A DNA stretch of 64,000 nucleotides from Arenicellales bacterium (GTDB lineage: Bacteria; Pseudomonadota; Gammaproteobacteria; Arenicellales; JAJDZL01), in the NCBI GenBank assembly GCA_965220725.1, contig OZ244840.1:1152548-1216547 (forward strand). Reading direction: 5' to 3'. The notes under the pieces were generated by a model. The model ran no database searches. It was not told the origin of the DNA and saw only the letters and a list, made by a program, of their open reading frames with translations. Below are positions 57,115-64,000 of this stretch, piece after piece. The position numbers and the translations under genes were made by a program. Position 1 is the stretch's first letter. Each line of letters begins with the position of its first letter.

Positions 57115-58629
57115 ATGCGATTCAAAACCCTAACCGCTGCGCTGGCATTGTGTCTGGCCGCAGCCACCCAAGTACAGGCCGCCGATGACGATGTCCTGAC
57201 CATTGCCTACAATGTCAATCTGCCGTCGTGGGATCCGACTGTCGGTGTGTCCGCGGTCAATCCCACCATCCAGTCCATCTACAAGTCGGTATTCGATCAA
57301 TATGTCGATCAGAATCCGGACCTGAGCTTCAAGCCCGGACTGCTGACCGGCTGGGGATGGAATGACGACCGGACCCAGATCTGGCTTGAGGTGCGCGATG
57401 ATGCCTACTGGCACGATGGCAGCAAGGTCACACCGCAGGACGTGGTGTGGTCGCTTGAGCGCGCCGGACATCCGGATACCGGCAATCCGATCATGTTTGT
57501 CTGGAGCAAGGTTGCCAATTTCAGCATTGACGGTAATCGCATCACCGGCGACGTGGTGGCGTTTGAGCCGACCCTGTTCAAATGGATGGCTTTCCTGACC
57601 GCTTACGTCTTGCCTCAGAATTACTATGAAAAGGTTGGCGCCGAGGGATTCGAGAGCGCACCGGTCGGATCTGGACCCTATATGGTCGATCAGTTCGAGC
57701 GCAACAGTTTTGTCAGACTGAAACGCTTCGACAAGTACTGGGGACCCAAACCCGAATTTGAGACGGTTGTCTTCAAGTTCGTCACGGATGCCAGCAGCCG
57801 TGTTGCCGAGATTGAAAGTGGCAGTTCCGACATCACCATCGAGATTCCCTATGAGCAGTTCGACCGGCTCGGCGAAAAACAGGGCCTGGTGGGACGCAGC
57901 ACACCGGTATCTGATATCGGCATGATCTTCATCAACGATGTCGGTGTAATGGAAGATGCCAATGTACGAAAAGCACTCGCACACGCCATCGACAAGAACG
58001 CGATTGTGGAACATCTGCTGCGCGGTTACGGCGTACCGATAGATACCCTGCAGGCGCCGCAGTACGCGGCGTTCGACGATTCGATCAGTGTCGCCCACGA
58101 TCCGGAAAAAGCCAAGATGCTGCTGGCTGAGTCCGGTTATTCCACCGACAATCCGGTGCGATTCAAGATCCAGACTACCCGCGGCTTCAAGCCCAAGGAT
58201 TACGAGATGATTCAGGCTATCGTCGGCATGTGGCGAAAAGTCGGTGCTGAAGCCGAAATCGAGGTCTATGAAATCGCCAAGCACTTTGAGCTTCGAGCAC
58301 AGGACACGCTTGCACCGGCTGCGTTCTACAACTGGGGCAATGCCATCGGCGATCCCTCGACCTCAACGGGATTTGCGATGTTCGGTCCGTCTCCGCACTC
58401 AACCTGGGATACCGATGATCTGGATGCGATGATCGGCCCGCTTTGGGGTGAGGCCGATGAGGCGAAACGAATTGCCGGTTACCAGGCGGTGGACCGCTAC
58501 ATTGCGGAAAACGCCTACGTCATCCCGCTTTTGCAATTCGTACAGCCGATTGTCCATCGGGAAGGCATTGAAGTGACACCGCATGTGGCGAATTTTGTGT
58601 TGCCGCAGCTGGTCAAAAAGACCAATTGA
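57115..58629 (+). CDS. ABC transporter substrate-binding protein, family 5 (peptide/nickel/opine type)
   Basis: ATG 57115 follows gaggaggag. The signal peptide is MRFKTLTAALALCLAAATQVQA. The SBP_bac_5-like body shows WHDGSKVTPQDVVWS. Confidence 0.85.
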   Translation: MRFKTLTAALALCLAAATQVQAADDDVLTIAYNVNLPSWDPTVGVSAVNPTIQSIYKSVFDQYVDQNPDLSFKPGLLTGWGWNDDRTQIWLEVRDDAYWHDGSKVTPQDVVWSLERAGHPDTGNPIMFVWSKVANFSIDGNRITGDVVAFEPTLFKWMAFLTAYVLPQNYYEKVGAEGFESAPVGSGPYMVDQFERNSFVRLKRFDKYWGPKPEFETVVFKFVTDASSRVAEIESGSSDITIEIPYEQFDRLGEKQGLVGRSTPVSDIGMIFINDVGVMEDANVRKALAHAIDKNAIVEHLLRGYGVPIDTLQAPQYAAFDDSISVAHDPEKAKMLLAESGYSTDNPVRFKIQTTRGFKPKDYEMIQAIVGMWRKVGAEAEIEVYEIAKHFELRAQDTLAPAAFYNWGNAIGDPSTSTGFAMFGPSPHSTWDTDDLDAMIGPLWGEADEAKRIAGYQAVDRYIAENAYVIPLLQFVQPIVHREGIEVTPHVANFVLPQLVKKTN

Positions 58630-58693
58630 GTGTCACCTGTATTGTTCATCTCATAGCTGATCCGCTGCCCGCAAGGGCAGCGGATTGCGTCTG

Positions 58694-59701
58694 ATGGCCT
58701 CGCATTTTCTGCTGCGGCGGCTGTTGCTGATTGTGCCGACGCTGTTCGGCGTTTCCGTCATCGTCTTTGTCTTGCTGCGGGTCATACCCGGTGATCCAAT
58801 CGTCATGATGATTCCGCCCGGCGCCAGCCAGGCGGACATTGATCACCTGCGGGCACTTTACGGCTTCGACAAGTCCCTGCTTGATCAATATCTGATCTGG
58901 GGCAAGGCGGTACTCGGTGGGGATTTCGGAACCTCCATCAGTCTGCGCCAGGATGTGGTGGATCTGATCCTGTCGCGACTGCCCGCCACCTTGGAACTCA
59001 CGGTCTCGGCGATGCTGCTGGCCGTGGCCTCGGGAATCGCACTGGCGGTCATCGGCACCTACTGGCAGAATCGCTGGCCGGAAGTGGTCGTCGATGGAAT
59101 CAGCGGATTCAATCAGGCTATTCCGGACTTCCTATGGGGACTGATTTTCATCCTTCTGCTCGGTGTGCTGTGGCCGATTCTGCCGATCTCGGGCCGGATT
59201 GATCCAAGAACCGGTGTGGAGTTCGCCACCCAGTTTTATTTGCTCGAGAGTGTTGTGCGCGGCGATCTCGCCCGACTGGCCGAAATCATCACACACATGA
59301 TCCTACCCATGGTCGCCCTGGCGCTGCCGCTGACGGCGGTGATCACGCGAACGCTCAAGGCCTCGTTGCTGGAAACCATGACACAGGACTACATCCTGCT
59401 CAGTGAGATCAAGGGATTCAGCCGCTGGCGAATCCTTGTCGTCGAGGCATTGCGTAACGCATTGATCCCCACGGTGGCGCTGTCGGGTGTGCAGTTCAAC
59501 TTCCTGCTCGGTGGCACGGTCCTGATCGAACAGATCTTCAGTTATCCCGGCATTGGCAACATGGCCATCGGCGCGGTCATTGACCGCGATCTTCCCCTGA
59601 TCCAGGGGCTGATCATCACGTTCGCGATCATCTTCATCTTCACCAATCTTCTGATTGACTTGAGTTACCGTCTGCTGAATCCGAGAGTGGCCAATGAGTG
59701 A
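58694..59701 (+). CDS. ABC transporter permease (DppB/OppB-like)
   Basis: The N-terminus MASHFLLRRLLLIVPTLFGVSVIVFVLLRVIPGDP is typical of BPD_transp_1 permeases. Confidence 0.85.
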   Translation: MASHFLLRRLLLIVPTLFGVSVIVFVLLRVIPGDPIVMMIPPGASQADIDHLRALYGFDKSLLDQYLIWGKAVLGGDFGTSISLRQDVVDLILSRLPATLELTVSAMLLAVASGIALAVIGTYWQNRWPEVVVDGISGFNQAIPDFLWGLIFILLLGVLWPILPISGRIDPRTGVEFATQFYLLESVVRGDLARLAEIITHMILPMVALALPLTAVITRTLKASLLETMTQDYILLSEIKGFSRWRILVVEALRNALIPTVALSGVQFNFLLGGTVLIEQIFSYPGIGNMAIGAVIDRDLPLIQGLIITFAIIFIFTNLLIDLSYRLLNPRVANE

Positions 59702-60554
59702 TCGTGGCCGCATCAGGCGATTCCTGACACCGAGATACCTGCGAGTCTGGTTTGGTGGCGGTGTTGTCTTTTTTCTGATCATTGCCGCAGTGTTCGCGCC
59801 CTGGCTTGCGCCTCATGATCCATTGGAGCAGGACCTGATCAGCGGTTTGCTGCCGCCATTTTGGTCAGCTGAGCATGATTCGGTGTTCTTGCTGGGCACC
59901 GACAGTCTCGGCAGGGATTTGCTGTCGCGGTTGATCTACGGTGCGCGCATCGCGTTAATCGTGGCGGTTGTTGCAGCGACTCTGGCGGCCTTGCTCGGCA
60001 CGGTACTGGGTTTGCTGGCAGGATATTTTGGCGGGTTGCTGGATACAGCCATCTCGCGCATGGTCGATATCTGGATGGCGTTCCCCCCTGTTTTGTTGTC
60101 CATCGTTCTGGTTGCGGTGATCGGTACCGGACTTCATTCAGTCATCATCGCCATTGTTGTGATTGACTGGACGAGATTTTGCCGCGTGGTGCGAGCGGAG
60201 GTTCTCGTTCAGCGGGAACAGGAGTACATCACATCGGCGATCACTATCGGCCTCGGCCGCTGGACCATTCTGTGGCGCGAGATCCTGCCGAATGTTCTTC
60301 CGCTGCTGATCACATTGCTGACACTTGAGATGGGGATTGCCATCATCGTCGAGGCAATCCTGAGTTTTGTCGGACTGAGTGTGTCATCGGATCAGGCGAC
60401 CTGGGGCGGTCTGATTCAGGAAGGGCGTCAGTATGTACATCAAGCCTGGTGGGTGATGACATTGCCGGTGGCTTGCATCATCATTTCAGTGCTGGCATTC
60501 AACGCGTTGGGGGATGGACTGAGATCCATTCTGGATCCGGTGATGAGACGATGA
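59694..60554 (+). CDS. ABC transporter permease (DppC/OppC-like)
   Basis: It overlaps the upstream stop. It shows APWLAPHDP, LGTDSLGRDLLSRLIYGARI and an EAA-like loop. Confidence 0.85.
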   Translation: MSDRGRIRRFLTPRYLRVWFGGGVVFFLIIAAVFAPWLAPHDPLEQDLISGLLPPFWSAEHDSVFLLGTDSLGRDLLSRLIYGARIALIVAVVAATLAALLGTVLGLLAGYFGGLLDTAISRMVDIWMAFPPVLLSIVLVAVIGTGLHSVIIAIVVIDWTRFCRVVRAEVLVQREQEYITSAITIGLGRWTILWREILPNVLPLLITLLTLEMGIAIIVEAILSFVGLSVSSDQATWGGLIQEGRQYVHQAWWVMTLPVACIIISVLAFNALGDGLRSILDPVMRR

Positions 60555-61390
60555 GTGTGATTCTCAAGATCGATGACCTGCACGTGGATGTTCGTCAGAA
60601 TCACGCGGCGACAAGCGTATTGAAGGGTGTTGACCTTGAGATTCAAACAGGCGAGATTCATGGCCTGGTCGGTGATTCCGGTGCTGGAAAGAGCATGCTG
60701 GCTAAAACGGTTCTCGGCATCCTGCCATCGTCGACACGAATCAAAAGTGGCTCGATTCGATTCAGTGGCAGTGACATCACATCGCTGGACCGCAAACAGC
60801 GTCGCCTTCTGGCAAGCAAGCACATCGCCATGATTCCGCAGGATCCGATGACATCACTGAACCCGGTTCGACGAATCGGCAAACAGTTGTGTGATGTATT
60901 GAGACTGCACATGGGCATGGACCGAAGCGAGACCAATCAAGAGGCTATCAGACTGTTGGACGATGTTCAGATTCGGGAGCCGGAACGGGTGATGCGCAAG
61001 TATCCGTTTGAGCTGTCCGGCGGCATGCGACAACGGGTATTGATTGCCATTGCATTTTCCTGCAAGCCGGAGTTGATTATCGCGGATGAGCCGACAACTG
61101 CGCTCGATGTCACGGTGCAGCGCCAGATCCTTCAATTGATCAAGCATCTGCAGGTGAACTCCAAAACGGCACTGCTATTCATCTCCCACGATCTGGGTGT
61201 CGTCGCCAAGATCTGTGATTGCATCAGCATCATGCAGGACGGGCGCATTGTTGAGTGCCAGCCGGCTGAGTTGCTGTTTGATTCACCGCGGCACCACTAT
61301 ACGCAGTCGCTTCTTGAATCCATCTCGGAGTATTACCGGTTCGACAGCCGGGATGAATCGACAACCGGACCCGTTCAGCATCATGTCTGA
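60551..61390 (+). CDS. ABC transporter ATP-binding protein (DppD/OppD-like)
   Basis: ATGA overlap at 60551. Motifs are Walker A GDSGAGKS, signature LSGGMRQR and Walker [12 protein letters not shown]. Confidence 0.9.
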   Translation: MSVILKIDDLHVDVRQNHAATSVLKGVDLEIQTGEIHGLVGDSGAGKSMLAKTVLGILPSSTRIKSGSIRFSGSDITSLDRKQRRLLASKHIAMIPQDPMTSLNPVRRIGKQLCDVLRLHMGMDRSETNQEAIRLLDDVQIREPERVMRKYPFELSGGMRQRVLIAIAFSCKPELIIADEPTTALDVTVQRQILQLIKHLQVNSKTALLFISHDLGVVAKICDCISIMQDGRIVECQPAELLFDSPRHHYTQSLLESISEYYRFDSRDESTTGPVQHHV

Positions 61391-63020
61391 GTCATCTCCC
61401 TCATCCAATGCACTGCTTGAAGTCAGCAATGTGCGTTTGCAACTCCCTGATCGGTCCAAGAAGCCGTTGTTTGGACCTTTACCAAACGTAGAGATTCTCA
61501 AAGGCATCAACCTTCGCGTCGAAAAAGGCGAATCAGTCGGAATTGTCGGTGAGTCGGGCAGCGGAAAGACGTCCCTCGGCCGCACCATCATGCGGTTGTA
61601 CAAGCCCACAGGTGGCCGTATTCGATTCAAGGACAAGGACATCACCCATTGTTCAGAAGACGAGCTTCGTCCTCTTCGGTCTGATATGCAGCTGATTTTC
61701 CAGGATCCCATGTCGGCACTGAATCCCAGACATCGGATTCGTGTGATTCTGACACAGCCCCTTTGGGCATTTGGCCAGGTTGACAGTCGAAGTGAATCCG
61801 AGCGAATTGCGCGCGTGCTTCTCGAGCGGGTCGGATTGCCCGCGGGTTTCGTCAATCGCTACCCTCATGAGCTCAGTGGTGGAGAACGTCAACGGGTCAA
61901 TATCGCCAGAGCCGTGGCGGTACGACCGGCGTTGCTGGTTGCCGATGAGATTGTTTCCGGACTGGATGTCTCGGCACGGTCACGGATACTGAAAATCCTG
62001 CAAGGCCTGAAAGACGATCTCGGTCTCGCGCTCGTTTTCATCAGTCACGACCTGGCTGTCGTCAATCATATCTGTGATAAGGTATTGGTGCTCCACAATG
62101 GCGTAGCGGTGGAAACCGGACTATGCGCGGATTTATTCAGCGCGCCCAAGGCAGCCTATACCAAACGTCTGCTGAGTGCAATTCCATTGCCGGAAGTTGA
62201 ACATGGCTGGCTGGAGAAAGACAACGATTTCGTCGACGCCGACGAATCACCAACAAAGGAGGAAAGCAAAACAATGGAAAATCAGTTCAAAGTTGCGGGC
62301 TGTGTTGCGCTGGTTACCGGCGCCAATCGGGGAATTGGAAGGGAGTTTGTCAACACACTGGTGCAACGAGGTGCCAGCAAAGTGTATGCCTGTGCCCGAA
62401 AAATCGACGGTGTGAGTGATCTGGTTGATGCACATTCAGGAGTTGTGGAAGCGATTCAACTTGATATCACCAACGCAGAGCAGGTCGCAGACGCTGCCCG
62501 CCACTGCAAAGATGTGAATCTACTGGTCAATAACGCCGGAATCAATCGTTTGAGTTCATTCATATCAAGCGACAGTGACTCATCCGCCCGAGAGGAAATG
62601 GAAACGAATTACTTCGGCACCATGGCGATGTGTCGGGCGTTTACGGGAATTCTTGGAGCCAATGGCGGTGGTGCCATCGCCAACATCCTGTCAATCCTGG
62701 CACGGGTGAATTTACCGATGATGGGATCGCTTTGCGCGTCCAAATCGGCAGGACTCAGTCTGACACAGGGTGTGCGTGCTGAATTGGCCAAGCAGGGTAC
62801 GCTGGTCCTGGCGGTCATGCCGGGTGCTGTTGACACCGATATGAGTCGGGATTTTCCACCTCCGAAAATGCCTCCATCTGAAGTTGCCGAGAAAACTCTT
62901 GACGCACTGGAGTCAGGAGCGGAGGAACTATATCCTGGAGAGATGGCTGACGGTGTCGCCCAGGGATTGGATGCAGACGCGAAGGGAGTCGAGAAAAACT
63001 TTGCTCAATATCTCCCTTGA
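61383..63020 (+). CDS. ABC ATP-binding protein (DppF/OppF-like) continuing without a stop codon into a short-chain dehydrogenase (SDR) domain
   Basis: The ATPase part has GESGSGKTS, LSGGERQR and LVADEIVSGLD. The SDR part starts at ATG 62274 with its own aaggagga SD, in the same frame with no intervening stop. It shows VALVTGANRGIGREF and NNAG. Confidence 0.75.
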   Translation: MSESSPSSNALLEVSNVRLQLPDRSKKPLFGPLPNVEILKGINLRVEKGESVGIVGESGSGKTSLGRTIMRLYKPTGGRIRFKDKDITHCSEDELRPLRSDMQLIFQDPMSALNPRHRIRVILTQPLWAFGQVDSRSESERIARVLLERVGLPAGFVNRYPHELSGGERQRVNIARAVAVRPALLVADEIVSGLDVSARSRILKILQGLKDDLGLALVFISHDLAVVNHICDKVLVLHNGVAVETGLCADLFSAPKAAYTKRLLSAIPLPEVEHGWLEKDNDFVDADESPTKEESKTMENQFKVAGCVALVTGANRGIGREFVNTLVQRGASKVYACARKIDGVSDLVDAHSGVVEAIQLDITNAEQVADAARHCKDVNLLVNNAGINRLSSFISSDSDSSAREEMETNYFGTMAMCRAFTGILGANGGGAIANILSILARVNLPMMGSLCASKSAGLSLTQGVRAELAKQGTLVLAVMPGAVDTDMSRDFPPPKMPPSEVAEKTLDALESGAEELYPGEMADGVAQGLDADAKGVEKNFAQYLP

Positions 63021-63038
63021 AGACAGATGTCGGTTTGA

Positions 63039-63779
63039 TCAGAGCGTCCAGCCGCCATCCACAACAAAGAACTGTCCGGTTGCGACTTTGGATTCGTCTG
63101 AAGCGAGATAAACAACGATTGGCGCGATGTCTTCGGGTTGCGCCATTCTTCCTGTAGGTTGGCGTTTGAGCATTTCCTGAAGGGCCTTGTCGTAGTCGCC
63201 ACGTGCCCGCATTCTCTCCTTGAATGACGGTGTGAGTACGGAGCCCGGACACACGGCATTGCAGCGAATATTCTGTGTTACGTAATCTCTCGCAATCGCC
63301 TTGGTCAAACCCATCACCGCACCTTTGGTTGCGCCATAAACGCATCGGCTTGATGCACCAGTCAGTGTCGAGACCACACTGGCCATATTGATGATTGAGC
63401 CGCCGCCGTTTTCGATCATCGCCGGGAGAAATGCTTCAATCACCCGTGCATGACTTCGAACATTGATGGCGATCGACTTCTCCCAGATCTCGTCATCTGC
63501 ATCTTGCAGCGTGCCATCATGGACGTATCCAGCACAATTGAAGATCACGTCTGGAGTAGGGACTGAATCAGGCAGTCGGGCGATCGCATCCGAGTCCGTC
63601 ACATCAAGTTCCAGACAACGGATGTTTTCGCTTTGTTGTTTCAAGCTTTCCAAGGAGGGAACATCGATGTCTGATGCATAAACCGTTGCCCCTTCGGACG
63701 CCATCGCAATTGCAGAAGCCCTGCCGATTCCCATGCCGGCGGCGGTCATGAATACAGTCTTATTTTCCAGTCTTCCCAT
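63039..63779 (-). CDS. SDR-family oxidoreductase
   Basis: Motifs are TAAGMGIGRASA, the NMAS/NxAG region and YGATKGAV (YxxxK). Confidence 0.85.
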   Translation of the reverse strand: MGRLENKTVFMTAAGMGIGRASAIAMASEGATVYASDIDVPSLESLKQQSENIRCLELDVTDSDAIARLPDSVPTPDVIFNCAGYVHDGTLQDADDEIWEKSIAINVRSHARVIEAFLPAMIENGGGSIINMASVVSTLTGASSRCVYGATKGAVMGLTKAIARDYVTQNIRCNAVCPGSVLTPSFKERMRARGDYDKALQEMLKRQPTGRMAQPEDIAPIVVYLASDESKVATGQFFVVDGGWTL

Positions 63780-63940
63780 GAAATCGTTTCTCGTTGTCTC
63801 GGTGAGGATTGAAATTGCATCAGATTTTACGAATTTTGGTACGGCCTCTGCTTGATTTTTTTCTGTTAAAATTCCACTGGTACATTCTGACAGAACTCAA
63901 CTTCTTTAACCATCCTACCGAACTGCAACAATTCCGATCA

Positions 63941-64000
63941 TGCGCTGGAAAAAATCTGTAACCATGGTGGAAGCTCACGCTGAAGGTGAGGTGGGACGCA
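63941..64000 (+). CDS. Start of a proline racemase / hydroxyproline epimerase-dehydratase family gene (partial)
   Basis: MRWKKSVTMVEAHAEGEVGR. The HAEGEVG motif matches my memory of N-termini in this superfamily, but only 20 codons are visible. Confidence 0.4.

Noticed and set aside
55880-58284. Long minus-strand ORFs 55880-56926 (348 aa) and 57130-58284 (384 aa).
   Set aside because: They are antisense to the DLH fusion and the substrate-binding protein, both of which have clear motifs. They are typical GC-rich shadow ORFs.

Overview
Mosaic chromosomal fragment with a proteobacterial character (groESL with CIRCE plus a sigma32-type promoter, mnmA, coaE, wrbA). The taxon cannot be fixed from sequence alone. 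All calls come from reading the translations and DNA by eye; no database or HMM search was run.

Core blocks:
- (i) Aerobic benzoyl-CoA (box) pathway genes: a FadB-like bifunctional enzyme, a thiolase, a benzoate-CoA ligase, an a/b hydrolase, boxC and boxB. boxA and boxD are not in the window.
- (ii) groES-groEL.
- (iii) trpB2, wrbA, mnmA, coaE, a methyltransferase and an HpaB/AbfD-family enzyme.
- (iv) A dienelactone-hydrolase fusion, a peptide-type ABC importer, SDRs and the start of a proline-racemase-family gene.

Accessory blocks:
- (A) 11.16-16.82 kb: a compact operon. It encodes a UvrD-type helicase (interrupted by one in-frame TGA) fused to a RecQ-type helicase and a ComFC-like PRTase domain, followed by a DprA protein with three tandem winged-helix modules. 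This is the best candidate for an undescribed ssDNA-processing or anti-MGE system.
- (B) 19.08-27.70 kb: a defence-type island with a decayed and an intact DUF4143 ATPase, an orphan AT-rich membrane protein, a trpB2 fossil and a YhcG-like PDDEXK protein. It also holds a nuclease-methyltransferase RM gene split at a G11 tract plus a single-TRD S subunit, and two arrays of 22-bp-phased direct repeats.
- (C) 34.1-36.3 kb: a cytoplasmic trypsin-like protease and a DUF2806 gene inactivated by a 19-bp tandem duplication.
- (D) 38.1-55.2 kb: a 3994-aa RTX/beta-roll modular protein bracketed by two decayed IS5-family elements, next to a NalP/SphB1-like lipoprotein autotransporter subtilase.

No rRNA, tRNA, CRISPR array, integrase or type I secretion genes were seen.
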